Assembly: GCA_000146045.2 (NCBI GenBank)
Contig: BK006942.2
Coordinates: 96,001-160,000, forward strand
Reading direction: 5' to 3'
Origin: TPA_inf: Saccharomyces
Lineage: Eukaryota
Length of the DNA stretch: 64,000 nucleotides
How positions within the stretch are numbered: position 1 is the stretch's first letter; each line of letters starts with the position of its first letter. Below the pieces are notes generated by a model. That model saw only the letters and a list, made by a program, of their open reading frames with translations. It had not been told where the DNA came from and did not search any database. The position numbers and the translations under genes are program-made. This document shows, piece after piece, positions 21,785 through 34,609 of this stretch.

Positions 21785-21804
21785 CACGTGTATACATTCA
21801 CGTG
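21785..21804. promoter_or_regulatory. Two CACGTG E-boxes 8 bp apart in the divergent RRT14/STH1 promoter (Cbf1/Pho4/Tye7 class sites)
   Basis: GGTCACGTGT at 21782-21791 and TCACGTGAC at 21797-21805. Both are palindromic CACGTG cores with the flanking T/A preferred by Cbf1. Confidence 0.5.
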
Positions 21805-21991
21805 ACTATCTAGTACCCGCCCCGTGGCAAAAAAAGAAGACACCAATTTGGCACTGAGAAAAGAAAAAGTTTATCAATAACGAAAACGAAACTTAAGAGG
21901 AAAAAGAGTATAGAGAAAAACAAAGGCAATCAGCGGCTAATTTGGTGGAAATAACAACACAAAGAGGCAGCACAGTTTAGAGCAAGCGCGA

Positions 21992-24900
21992 ATGCTTCAG
22001 GAACAATCTGAGTTGATGAGCACGGTGATGAATAATACACCTACAACAGTTGCCGCATTGGCTGCGGTTGCTGCAGCCTCTGAAACAAATGGAAAGCTGG
22101 GGTCCGAGGAACAACCTGAAATCACTATTCCAAAGCCGAGGAGTAGTGCACAGTTGGAGCAGCTACTCTACCGCTATAGGGCTATTCAAAACCATCCAAA
22201 GGAAAACAAGTTGGAGATCAAGGCAATAGAAGACACTTTTAGGAATATATCACGTGATCAGGATATCTACGAAACAAAGTTGGATACCTTGAGAAAGAGT
22301 ATAGATAAAGGATTTCAGTACGATGAGGATTTATTGAATAAACACTTGGTTGCCTTACAGTTACTGGAGAAAGATACAGATGTCCCTGACTACTTCTTAG
22401 ACTTACCAGACACCAAGAACGATAACACTACGGCGATCGAAGTAGACTATTCTGAAAAGAAACCAATAAAAATATCAGCAGATTTCAATGCGAAGGCCAA
22501 AAGTTTGGGTTTAGAATCAAAATTTTCTAACGCTACGAAGACTGCATTGGGCGATCCAGATACCGAAATAAGGATTTCTGCACGTATATCCAACAGAATT
22601 AACGAGCTGGAAAGATTACCTGCCAATCTGGGTACATACTCACTAGATGATTGTTTAGAGTTTATTACAAAAGATGATTTATCGTCCAGAATGGATACTT
22701 TCAAAATCAAAGCTCTTGTGGAATTGAAAAGTTTAAAGCTACTAACTAAACAAAAATCGATTAGGCAAAAGTTAATCAACAATGTTGCCAGCCAGGCACA
22801 CCACAATATTCCATATCTACGTGATTCTCCTTTCACAGCAGCTGCACAAAGATCTGTTCAAATTAGAAGCAAAGTTATTGTCCCACAAACCGTTCGTTTG
22901 GCAGAAGAATTAGAAAGGCAACAACTATTGGAAAAAAGAAAAAAGGAACGTAATTTACATTTACAAAAAATAAACAGCATCATTGATTTCATCAAAGAAA
23001 GGCAGTCCGAGCAATGGTCTCGTCAAGAACGTTGCTTTCAGTTCGGTAGATTAGGCGCTTCATTACACAATCAAATGGAGAAAGATGAACAGAAAAGAAT
23101 AGAAAGAACTGCTAAGCAACGTTTAGCTGCTTTGAAGTCTAACGATGAGGAGGCTTATTTAAAGCTTTTAGATCAAACTAAGGATACTAGAATTACACAG
23201 TTATTGAGGCAGACTAATTCCTTTTTGGATTCTTTGTCGGAGGCTGTTAGAGCACAACAAAACGAAGCAAAAATTCTTCATGGTGAGGAAGTCCAACCAA
23301 TTACAGATGAAGAAAGAGAAAAGACTGACTATTATGAAGTCGCTCATAGGATCAAAGAAAAAATTGATAAACAACCTTCTATTCTTGTTGGCGGCACTTT
23401 AAAAGAGTATCAATTACGAGGTTTAGAATGGATGGTGTCGTTGTACAATAATCATTTGAACGGTATTCTAGCAGATGAGATGGGTTTAGGTAAAACCATC
23501 CAATCTATTTCTCTAATAACATATCTTTATGAAGTTAAGAAAGACATCGGCCCTTTCCTAGTCATTGTACCTTTATCCACAATAACCAATTGGACTTTAG
23601 AATTTGAAAAATGGGCTCCGAGCTTAAACACTATTATATACAAAGGTACACCAAATCAAAGACACTCTTTACAGCATCAAATAAGGGTTGGAAATTTTGA
23701 CGTCTTATTGACAACATATGAGTATATTATTAAAGATAAATCTCTTTTATCAAAACATGATTGGGCTCATATGATCATTGACGAAGGTCATAGAATGAAA
23801 AATGCTCAATCGAAGTTATCATTCACAATTTCTCATTATTATCGTACAAGAAACAGATTGATTTTAACGGGTACTCCTTTGCAGAACAATCTACCAGAAT
23901 TATGGGCACTGTTGAACTTTGTTTTGCCTAAAATTTTCAATTCTGCGAAGACTTTTGAAGATTGGTTTAATACTCCATTTGCCAACACCGGTACCCAAGA
24001 GAAACTAGAATTAACGGAAGAAGAAACTCTGTTAATTATTAGAAGATTACATAAGGTGTTAAGGCCATTTTTATTGCGTCGTTTGAAAAAGGAAGTGGAA
24101 AAGGATTTGCCTGATAAAGTGGAAAAAGTTATCAAATGTAAACTGTCTGGTTTGCAACAACAGTTATATCAGCAAATGCTAAAGCATAACGCGCTATTTG
24201 TTGGTGCAGGGACTGAGGGGGCTACAAAGGGTGGTATTAAAGGTTTGAACAATAAGATTATGCAATTAAGAAAAATCTGCAACCATCCATTCGTATTTGA
24301 TGAAGTGGAAGGTGTTGTAAACCCCTCAAGAGGTAATAGTGATTTACTTTTCAGAGTAGCGGGCAAGTTTGAATTACTGGATAGAGTGCTACCGAAATTC
24401 AAAGCCTCAGGCCACAGAGTGCTAATGTTTTTCCAAATGACTCAAGTTATGGATATTATGGAAGACTTCCTAAGAATGAAAGATTTGAAGTATATGAGAT
24501 TAGATGGTAGCACTAAGACTGAAGAAAGAACAGAAATGCTGAATGCATTTAATGCTCCAGATTCAGATTATTTCTGTTTCCTTTTGTCAACTAGAGCCGG
24601 TGGTTTGGGTTTGAATTTACAAACTGCAGATACGGTGATCATCTTTGATACAGATTGGAATCCACACCAAGATTTACAGGCCCAAGATAGAGCTCACAGA
24701 ATTGGACAAAAGAATGAGGTTAGAATTTTAAGATTAATTACCACTGATTCCGTAGAGGAAGTTATTTTGGAAAGAGCTATGCAGAAATTGGACATTGACG
24801 GCAAGGTTATCCAGGCAGGTAAGTTTGATAACAAATCAACTGCAGAAGAGCAAGAAGCTTTTTTGAGAAGATTGATCGAAAGTGAAACGAACAGGGATGA

Positions 24901-26071
24901 TGATGACAAAGCAGAATTAGATGACGATGAGTTAAACGATACTTTGGCCAGAAGCGCTGATGAAAAAATACTATTTGATAAAATTGATAAGGAGAGAATG
25001 AACCAAGAAAGAGCAGATGCTAAAGCGCAAGGCCTGAGAGTCCCTCCTCCTAGATTGATTCAATTAGACGAGCTACCCAAAGTATTCAGAGAAGACATTG
25101 AAGAACATTTCAAGAAAGAGGATTCTGAACCATTGGGAAGGATTAGACAAAAGAAAAGAGTTTACTATGATGACGGTCTAACTGAAGAACAATTTTTGGA
25201 GGCTGTAGAAGATGATAATATGTCTTTAGAAGATGCCATTAAAAAAAGACGTGAAGCACGTGAAAGAAGGAGATTACGTCAAAATGGTACAAAAGAGAAT
25301 GAAATAGAAACCCTGGAAAACACGCCTGAAGCATCCGAAACTTCATTGATTGAGAACAATAGCTTCACTGCAGCTGTGGATGAGGAAACTAATGCTGATA
25401 AAGAGACTACAGCTTCCAGGTCAAAACGCCGGAGTAGTAGAAAGAAAAGGACCATTAGCATTGTTACGGCAGAAGACAAAGAGAATACTCAAGAAGAGAG
25501 TACATCTCAAGAAAACGGGGGCGCTAAGGTGGAAGAGGAAGTAAAAAGTAGCTCCGTTGAAATTATAAATGGTTCAGAATCCAAGAAAAAGAAACCGAAA
25601 CTGACCGTCAAGATCAAACTAAACAAAACAACTGTGTTGGAGAATAATGATGGTAAGCGAGCAGAAGAAAAGCCAGAGAGTAAATCGCCCGCGAAGAAGA
25701 CTGCAGCCAAAAAAACTAAAACTAAATCCAAGTCGCTTGGGATTTTTCCCACGGTGGAAAAATTGGTGGAAGAAATGCGCGAACAGTTAGATGAGGTAGA
25801 CTCCCATCCAAGGACGTCCATTTTTGAAAAGCTTCCTTCGAAACGCGACTATCCGGACTATTTTAAAGTAATTGAAAAACCCATGGCCATTGATATTATA
25901 TTGAAAAACTGCAAGAATGGCACTTACAAAACTTTGGAGGAGGTAAGGCAAGCCTTACAAACGATGTTTGAAAATGCTAGATTCTATAATGAAGAGGGAT
26001 CCTGGGTTTACGTTGATGCTGACAAGTTAAATGAGTTTACTGATGAATGGTTCAAGGAACACTCTTCGTAA
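21992..26071 (+). CDS. STH1: RSC chromatin-remodeller catalytic ATPase Sth1 (SNF2 family, C-terminal bromodomain), 1359 aa
   Basis: SNF2 helicase motifs (LADEMGLGKT, DEGHRMKN, helicase C domain). C-terminal bromodomain (YPDYFKVIEKPMAIDII...FENARFYNEEGS). 1359 aa. Confidence 0.96.
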   Translation: MLQEQSELMSTVMNNTPTTVAALAAVAAASETNGKLGSEEQPEITIPKPRSSAQLEQLLYRYRAIQNHPKENKLEIKAIEDTFRNISRDQDIYETKLDTLRKSIDKGFQYDEDLLNKHLVALQLLEKDTDVPDYFLDLPDTKNDNTTAIEVDYSEKKPIKISADFNAKAKSLGLESKFSNATKTALGDPDTEIRISARISNRINELERLPANLGTYSLDDCLEFITKDDLSSRMDTFKIKALVELKSLKLLTKQKSIRQKLINNVASQAHHNIPYLRDSPFTAAAQRSVQIRSKVIVPQTVRLAEELERQQLLEKRKKERNLHLQKINSIIDFIKERQSEQWSRQERCFQFGRLGASLHNQMEKDEQKRIERTAKQRLAALKSNDEEAYLKLLDQTKDTRITQLLRQTNSFLDSLSEAVRAQQNEAKILHGEEVQPITDEEREKTDYYEVAHRIKEKIDKQPSILVGGTLKEYQLRGLEWMVSLYNNHLNGILADEMGLGKTIQSISLITYLYEVKKDIGPFLVIVPLSTITNWTLEFEKWAPSLNTIIYKGTPNQRHSLQHQIRVGNFDVLLTTYEYIIKDKSLLSKHDWAHMIIDEGHRMKNAQSKLSFTISHYYRTRNRLILTGTPLQNNLPELWALLNFVLPKIFNSAKTFEDWFNTPFANTGTQEKLELTEEETLLIIRRLHKVLRPFLLRRLKKEVEKDLPDKVEKVIKCKLSGLQQQLYQQMLKHNALFVGAGTEGATKGGIKGLNNKIMQLRKICNHPFVFDEVEGVVNPSRGNSDLLFRVAGKFELLDRVLPKFKASGHRVLMFFQMTQVMDIMEDFLRMKDLKYMRLDGSTKTEERTEMLNAFNAPDSDYFCFLLSTRAGGLGLNLQTADTVIIFDTDWNPHQDLQAQDRAHRIGQKNEVRILRLITTDSVEEVILERAMQKLDIDGKVIQAGKFDNKSTAEEQEAFLRRLIESETNRDDDDKAELDDDELNDTLARSADEKILFDKIDKERMNQERADAKAQGLRVPPPRLIQLDELPKVFREDIEEHFKKEDSEPLGRIRQKKRVYYDDGLTEEQFLEAVEDDNMSLEDAIKKRREARERRRLRQNGTKENEIETLENTPEASETSLIENNSFTAAVDEETNADKETTASRSKRRSSRKKRTISIVTAEDKENTQEESTSQENGGAKVEEEVKSSSVEIINGSESKKKKPKLTVKIKLNKTTVLENNDGKRAEEKPESKSPAKKTAAKKTKTKSKSLGIFPTVEKLVEEMREQLDEVDSHPRTSIFEKLPSKRDYPDYFKVIEKPMAIDIILKNCKNGTYKTLEEVRQALQTMFENARFYNEEGSWVYVDADKLNEFTDEWFKEHSS

Positions 26072-26368
26072 CGTTTTCATCACCACATGTTTTTTTTTTT
26101 TACGACTATATCCCTTTCCCCTCTAATACTCTTTCTAGCCTTTTTTTCTACCTCTACATATGTTTATAAAATATATACCACTGTAACAATAAGATCGACA
26201 GAGCGAATATAATTCTTTGAGTAACTAATATCCTTTGGCTTATTCTCTGGGCTTATTAGTGCCGCAAAATAATTACCCGGCGGCGATGGACCAGTTAGCT
26301 TCGACCGTTTGCGATTCCGGGGCTAAGGAAGGGGCCTCTGCAAATAAGAAAGAGGCATTACACATAAA

Positions 26369-26376
26369 TGATTGGC
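26369..26376 (-). promoter_or_regulatory. CCAAT box (HAP2/3/4/5 site) about 315 bp upstream of KGD1
   Basis: TGATTGGC on the plus strand gives GCCAATCA on the minus strand, a near-consensus ACCAATNA. KGD1 is a classic HAP-regulated TCA-cycle gene. Confidence 0.4.
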
Positions 26377-26688
26377 AAAGGGACTGCGGGAGTCAAGACC
26401 TACATGTAAGTCCGATTTACGATAACGGTTTAGATTCATTGGGTGTGTACTATTTATACTTTAACAAACCCGTGTGTTATTTAATAAGATCATATCTTGT
26501 TTGTTTTTCGCCCTCAATTTTGTTTCTGTCACATAGTCGCAGCAGCTGAATATAGATAGGAAGAGAGAAGGAAGCGATTCTCGTTCAGCATCATACTTCT
26601 TCCTAATTTCCCCAAATTAAAGTTTCGTTTGAAAGAAACAACAAAAGAGAAAGAAAGCAGTTTTTAGAAAATACTAAATTTTACCGTT

Positions 26689-29600
26689 ATGCTAAGGTTC
26701 GTGTCTTCGCAAACCTGCCGGTATAGTTCAAGAGGACTATTAAAAACATCTTTACTTAAAAATGCATCTACTGTCAAAATTGTCGGAAGAGGGTTAGCCA
26801 CCACTGGTACAGATAATTTTCTATCGACATCAAATGCCACCTATATCGATGAAATGTACCAAGCTTGGCAAAAAGACCCATCTTCAGTCCATGTTTCATG
26901 GGACGCATATTTCAAGAATATGTCTAACCCAAAGATTCCAGCTACAAAGGCTTTTCAGGCTCCTCCCAGTATCAGTAACTTTCCCCAGGGTACCGAAGCA
27001 GCTCCCTTAGGGACCGCAATGACTGGTTCAGTAGATGAGAACGTCTCCATTCATCTAAAAGTGCAATTGCTATGTAGAGCTTACCAAGTTAGAGGTCATT
27101 TAAAAGCCCATATAGATCCTTTAGGGATCTCATTTGGTAGTAATAAAAATAACCCTGTTCCTCCGGAATTGACTCTAGACTACTACGGCTTTAGCAAACA
27201 CGATCTTGATAAAGAAATCAACCTAGGACCTGGTATCCTGCCAAGGTTTGCAAGGGACGGGAAATCTAAAATGTCTCTGAAAGAGATTGTGGATCATCTA
27301 GAAAAGTTATATTGTTCCTCTTATGGGGTACAATACACACATATTCCATCTAAGCAAAAGTGTGATTGGTTAAGAGAGAGAATTGAGATTCCTGAACCTT
27401 ACCAATATACAGTGGACCAAAAGAGACAAATCTTAGATAGATTAACATGGGCCACTTCTTTTGAGTCATTCTTATCTACAAAATTTCCAAATGATAAGAG
27501 GTTCGGTTTAGAAGGTTTGGAAAGTGTTGTTCCAGGTATTAAAACTTTGGTTGATCGTTCTGTTGAATTGGGTGTAGAAGATATTGTTTTGGGTATGGCT
27601 CACCGTGGTAGATTGAACGTTTTATCCAATGTGGTCCGTAAACCAAATGAATCTATTTTTTCTGAATTTAAGGGTTCGAGCGCTCGCGATGATATTGAAG
27701 GATCGGGTGATGTCAAGTACCATTTGGGTATGAACTACCAAAGACCAACTACGTCTGGTAAGTACGTCAATTTATCGCTGGTGGCAAATCCTTCTCATTT
27801 AGAATCCCAAGATCCAGTTGTTCTTGGTAGAACTAGAGCTTTATTGCATGCCAAGAACGATTTGAAGGAAAAAACAAAGGCCTTAGGTGTGTTATTACAT
27901 GGTGATGCTGCTTTTGCTGGGCAGGGTGTTGTTTATGAAACCATGGGTTTCTTGACCCTACCAGAATACTCTACTGGTGGTACTATTCATGTTATTACAA
28001 ACAACCAGATCGGATTCACTACGGATCCAAGATTTGCAAGGTCCACACCATATCCTTCCGATTTGGCTAAGGCCATTGATGCCCCAATTTTCCATGTTAA
28101 CGCTAATGACGTGGAAGCTGTGACCTTTATTTTCAATTTAGCCGCAGAATGGAGACATAAGTTCCACACAGATGCCATAATTGATGTCGTTGGTTGGAGA
28201 AAACATGGACATAATGAAACCGATCAGCCATCGTTTACTCAACCATTAATGTACAAAAAAATTGCAAAACAAAAATCTGTCATTGACGTCTATACGGAAA
28301 AATTGATAAGTGAAGGCACATTTTCTAAAAAAGATATTGATGAGCACAAGAAATGGGTATGGAACTTATTTGAAGATGCTTTCGAAAAGGCAAAGGATTA
28401 CGTCCCATCTCAAAGAGAATGGTTAACTGCTGCCTGGGAAGGATTCAAATCCCCAAAGGAATTGGCCACTGAGATATTACCACATGAACCAACTAATGTT
28501 CCAGAGAGTACTTTGAAAGAACTAGGTAAGGTACTCTCTTCGTGGCCAGAAGGTTTTGAAGTGCACAAAAATCTAAAGAGAATTTTGAAAAATAGAGGAA
28601 AATCTATTGAGACAGGTGAAGGCATCGATTGGGCCACCGGTGAAGCATTAGCGTTCGGTACATTGGTTTTGGATGGTCAGAACGTTAGGGTTTCCGGTGA
28701 AGATGTAGAAAGAGGTACATTTTCTCAACGTCATGCAGTCTTGCATGACCAACAATCTGAAGCCATTTACACACCGCTAAGCACTCTGAATAATGAAAAG
28801 GCAGACTTCACCATTGCAAATTCCTCGTTATCTGAGTACGGTGTAATGGGTTTCGAATATGGTTATTCGCTAACCTCCCCAGATTATCTAGTCATGTGGG
28901 AGGCTCAATTCGGTGACTTTGCAAATACAGCACAGGTTATTATTGACCAATTTATTGCCGGTGGTGAACAAAAATGGAAGCAACGCTCTGGTTTAGTTTT
29001 GTCTTTACCCCATGGTTATGATGGCCAGGGGCCAGAACATTCGTCTGGTAGATTGGAAAGATTCTTGCAACTAGCCAATGAAGACCCAAGATATTTCCCA
29101 TCTGAAGAAAAGCTACAGAGACAACATCAGGATTGTAATTTCCAGGTTGTTTATCCAACTACGCCTGCTAATTTATTCCACATTCTAAGGAGACAGCAAC
29201 ATCGTCAATTCCGTAAACCATTGGCGTTATTCTTTTCTAAACAGCTGCTGCGTCACCCATTGGCCAGATCATCTCTTTCCGAATTCACTGAAGGCGGATT
29301 CCAATGGATTATCGAAGATATTGAACATGGAAAAAGTATTGGTACGAAAGAGGAAACCAAGAGATTAGTTTTGCTGAGTGGCCAAGTGTACACTGCCCTA
29401 CATAAAAGACGTGAAAGTTTGGGTGATAAGACCACTGCTTTCTTAAAGATTGAACAGCTGCACCCATTCCCATTTGCTCAGCTACGTGATTCATTAAATT
29501 CTTATCCAAACTTGGAAGAAATTGTTTGGTGCCAGGAAGAGCCATTGAACATGGGTTCGTGGGCATACACAGAACCACGCTTACACACAACATTAAAAGA

Positions 29601-29733
29601 AACGGATAAATATAAGGATTTCAAGGTCAGATACTGTGGTAGAAACCCAAGTGGTGCTGTTGCTGCCGGTAGCAAATCACTACATTTGGCCGAAGAAGAT
29701 GCCTTTTTGAAAGATGTTTTCCAACAATCCTAA
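26689..29733 (+). CDS. KGD1: Mitochondrial 2-oxoglutarate dehydrogenase E1 component, 1014 aa
   Basis: N-terminal amphipathic mitochondrial presequence ([19 protein letters not shown]...). Thiamine-diphosphate E1 domains. 1014 aa. Confidence 0.96.
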   Translation: MLRFVSSQTCRYSSRGLLKTSLLKNASTVKIVGRGLATTGTDNFLSTSNATYIDEMYQAWQKDPSSVHVSWDAYFKNMSNPKIPATKAFQAPPSISNFPQGTEAAPLGTAMTGSVDENVSIHLKVQLLCRAYQVRGHLKAHIDPLGISFGSNKNNPVPPELTLDYYGFSKHDLDKEINLGPGILPRFARDGKSKMSLKEIVDHLEKLYCSSYGVQYTHIPSKQKCDWLRERIEIPEPYQYTVDQKRQILDRLTWATSFESFLSTKFPNDKRFGLEGLESVVPGIKTLVDRSVELGVEDIVLGMAHRGRLNVLSNVVRKPNESIFSEFKGSSARDDIEGSGDVKYHLGMNYQRPTTSGKYVNLSLVANPSHLESQDPVVLGRTRALLHAKNDLKEKTKALGVLLHGDAAFAGQGVVYETMGFLTLPEYSTGGTIHVITNNQIGFTTDPRFARSTPYPSDLAKAIDAPIFHVNANDVEAVTFIFNLAAEWRHKFHTDAIIDVVGWRKHGHNETDQPSFTQPLMYKKIAKQKSVIDVYTEKLISEGTFSKKDIDEHKKWVWNLFEDAFEKAKDYVPSQREWLTAAWEGFKSPKELATEILPHEPTNVPESTLKELGKVLSSWPEGFEVHKNLKRILKNRGKSIETGEGIDWATGEALAFGTLVLDGQNVRVSGEDVERGTFSQRHAVLHDQQSEAIYTPLSTLNNEKADFTIANSSLSEYGVMGFEYGYSLTSPDYLVMWEAQFGDFANTAQVIIDQFIAGGEQKWKQRSGLVLSLPHGYDGQGPEHSSGRLERFLQLANEDPRYFPSEEKLQRQHQDCNFQVVYPTTPANLFHILRRQQHRQFRKPLALFFSKQLLRHPLARSSLSEFTEGGFQWIIEDIEHGKSIGTKEETKRLVLLSGQVYTALHKRRESLGDKTTAFLKIEQLHPFPFAQLRDSLNSYPNLEEIVWCQEEPLNMGSWAYTEPRLHTTLKETDKYKDFKVRYCGRNPSGAVAAGSKSLHLAEEDAFLKDVFQQS

Positions 29734-30203
29734 AGATGAATTCAAATATGAAAAACATGAAAATACAGCCATATAAACACGTAATATTTTTACCTTAATG
29801 TTTATGGACAGCCTTTTTACTTGAAGAATGATCTAACAAATATTTTTTTTGATACATTCACATTTTTTTTTTGTTCATGATGTTAGCATCTGCTTAGTCT
29901 TTTTAAAATTATTTAATTTAACGTTTTATTTATGTGAACCTTTTTTTATTAGTTGTATTTACTATTTATTCAAGAATCATTCTTTACTTTATATTGATAT
30001 CGTTTTTTTCCCCCTACTTCCTCCTCTGGTGTATTCACAGCTAGGTGCTTCTCTTGTCCTCATCCGGTGGAGAAAAAAAGTGAAAAATAAGTCAATGGAA
30101 AGGGGGAAGGGGGTAGGTAAATAGAGTGAATAAGTTTTATTCATCATGCCCAACTTCTATTAATATATACTCAATTCAAATATTGATCAGGATTTCAAAG
30201 AGT

Positions 30204-31097
30204 ATGTCGGAGTTACAGTCACAACCTAAAAAGATTGCCGTTGTTACAGGCGCCTCAGGTGGTATTGGATATGAGGTAACGAAGGAATTAGCCAGAAATG
30301 GCTATTTGGTTTATGCATGTGCAAGAAGACTAGAACCAATGGCACAATTGGCCATCCAATTTGGTAACGATAGTATCAAACCATATAAGTTGGATATTTC
30401 CAAGCCAGAAGAAATTGTAACATTTTCTGGTTTTTTGCGAGCTAATTTACCTGATGGTAAATTAGATTTATTGTACAACAATGCCGGTCAGAGTTGTACA
30501 TTCCCTGCATTGGATGCAACAGATGCTGCAGTAGAACAATGCTTTAAGGTCAATGTGTTTGGTCATATCAACATGTGCCGTGAATTGTCGGAGTTCCTTA
30601 TTAAAGCGAAAGGAACCATTGTCTTCACTGGTTCCTTGGCAGGAGTTGTGTCATTCCCCTTTGGTAGCATTTATTCCGCTTCTAAAGCTGCTATCCACCA
30701 ATATGCTCGTGGGTTACATCTAGAGATGAAGCCCTTCAACGTGAGAGTGATTAACGCTATTACTGGCGGTGTGGCTACTGATATCGCTGATAAAAGGCCC
30801 TTGCCTGAAACCTCAATATACAACTTCCCTGAAGGTAGGGAAGCTTTTAATTCAAGAAAAACCATGGCTAAGGACAATAAGCCCATGCCAGCTGATGCGT
30901 ACGCAAAGCAACTGGTTAAAGATATCTTGAGCACTAGTGACCCTGTAGATGTTTATAGAGGAACGTTCGCCAACATCATGCGTTTTGTCATGATATTTGT
31001 TCCTTACTGGCTATTGGAAAAAGGACTTTCCAAAAAATTTAAATTGGACAAAGTTAATAATGCTTTGAAGTCGAAACAGAAGAATAAGGACGATTAG
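30204..31097 (+). CDS. AYR1: Short-chain dehydrogenase/reductase (1-acyl-DHAP reductase Ayr1), 297 aa
   Basis: SDR Rossmann motif TGASGGIGYE and catalytic YSASK (YxxxK). First ATG at 30204 (MSELQSQPKK...); the track start at 30126 is a GTG. Confidence 0.92.
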   Translation: MSELQSQPKKIAVVTGASGGIGYEVTKELARNGYLVYACARRLEPMAQLAIQFGNDSIKPYKLDISKPEEIVTFSGFLRANLPDGKLDLLYNNAGQSCTFPALDATDAAVEQCFKVNVFGHINMCRELSEFLIKAKGTIVFTGSLAGVVSFPFGSIYSASKAAIHQYARGLHLEMKPFNVRVINAITGGVATDIADKRPLPETSIYNFPEGREAFNSRKTMAKDNKPMPADAYAKQLVKDILSTSDPVDVYRGTFANIMRFVMIFVPYWLLEKGLSKKFKLDKVNNALKSKQKNKDD

Positions 31098-32123
31098 TGT
31101 TTCACCATCGTCAATAGCTACCTATATTTATATACAAGATTCCGTATAGTTTGTACACCACGTCAGGACATCAATAGCTAATAATCGTTCTAATGCTAAT
31201 GTTCAACTGCTCTTTAAGTATTGTTTACGTCTCGTCGTACCAGTATGCCAAATTCCTGTCACTTCACTCATTCTCTTTGCTCTTACCGTTTGAAACGCGC
31301 TGGGACGGAATTCGCTCATTTCGCATCGTGCTTTGTTGTTTTTTTTTTTTCAAAATTGCCATTGTTTATTTATAAACTACATGAAATTATTCTGTATTTA
31401 TCTTCGCATTCCCTCTCTTACTTCAAAAGTGAGAACAGCATATTCAAATATATATATCTACTCAGTTGAATAAGACACTATAGCAAGACCATTTGAACTG
31501 AAAGAAACAGTTTCTTTGCTCCCCTCTCGAATTCCAACTATTTACAGTCCTTCCTTTATAAAAATTAACTAGCGAGCAAGAAAACATTTGTTTAGTGCTA
31601 CCCAACTACTTACATTCCTTTAAAAACCACAATATTTAAGTTAACCTGAGCTTTATTTTTAGTAAGTTATTTACCACAATTTTTCTCATACACCTTTACA
31701 ATCCGTATTGCCATGAATACCAAGGCTTGCTCAGCTTCTGCAGCAGTTCAACCCTTTCCAATACCGCCAATGCGTCCTCAAAACGTTAGTTTAGTCGTGC
31801 TCAACCGCTATTTTTGGTTTTATCTTCGTTTCTTTCTCCTGAACGACATTCGTCACGAAAATTGCGGCGGAAAATTTCCTGATGCGGACACTTTTTCCCG
31901 ATCCGGACATGCCTTTTTTTGGCGTTTCGCGTCAGTCAATAGAAGTTTCAGATCTACATTAGGAAGAACCAGAAAATAGCCATTAATGCTTTCAGCATAG
32001 CACAGCATAGCAGCTGTGTATATCTTAAATAAGATGTAGACTGGTTTGCATTTGGAAAGGTTTTGTGTAAGAAAAGCAATACTTGAGGTAAAACAAGAGA
32101 AAAAAAAACACTTTACTAACTAA

Positions 32124-33581
<1,458 letters not shown>

Positions 33582-34609
33582 GCTACGTGACTACTACTTT
33601 TCCTTTTTTTTTTCTTTTTTCGAACACATCTCACCCCCTATACCTCACACAATCACTATGGTCCCCTTTTCTTTTTACCGATATTTATACTGTCCACCTT
33701 TTTCTTTTCGTTAATGGCCTCAATGTTTCTGTACCATTATCCAAGTGAACTTGTTAGACGACCAAATATAGCCAAGATTCATTACGATTATCTTTAACTA
33801 GCAAGTAGTATTCTTGGATAGAGAGATTTTCAAAGACGGAACAATTTTAAATAGATTTACATAAGAAAACACATACTGTCCGATACCCATAAGAAATTTA
33901 AGAACTCTTTTCATCTTCAGCTTTCCGGCCTCCTTTTACTGTAGCCTGTTCCTAGACAGCTAAAAATAGTACATATGCAGCTCTGCAATAGTCTCAAAGG
34001 GGATATTGTGTAGGTTTACGAAATCATCACATTTCCGAATCAGGACATGAAGGCACAACTTTCCGCACGTAGTGTTTTCAGCCCCCAGCGCCTGTCGGCG
34101 CGAAGAGGATCTGCGGAGATGAGCTTTGCCCCGCCATTACCCGTAAAATATTACTGTTTTGGGCAATTGTGGATCAAAAAGGGAAAATGCGGATGGTGAA
34201 AAAAATTTTTGGAAATTTACTGCTTCAGATGGGGGAACTTTGTAAGTTCTTCCTTTTTTTTCGTAGAGGTTGGAAAATTCAGAGTGCTAAGAAATTAAAA
34301 GGTATGCACTGCCTATTCTCATAAAAGCAAAAGTGCACAAAAATAATAAGGTGTGAAGCAATAGTAGAAAAGACACTGGGAACCCAAGGTATCTTATTTT
34401 AACAGATAAGTAAAACTAAGATCAAATCGCGTACTGATATCACTTAAGGTTCGCGTATTTTAAAGGCTACGCAGAAGAGGAAATAAATTGCGTGCAATCC
34501 CTGCGCTTAACTCATACAAAAAGGCGCAAAACATTTCAAGAGTCCCACGATTAATTGCAGAAATTGAAAAAAAATAAGTAAAGACGAAAATCAAAGTGGA
34601 TGCCATATT

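Noticed and set aside
29849-31979. Small ORFs in the AYR1 and SIM1 promoter regions (29849..30124, 31193..31375, 31221..31469, 31713..31979).
   Set aside because: Phe/Leu/Ile-rich translations of T-rich promoter DNA. The first overlaps the true AYR1 upstream region in a frame ended by the real start context. No evidence of coding.
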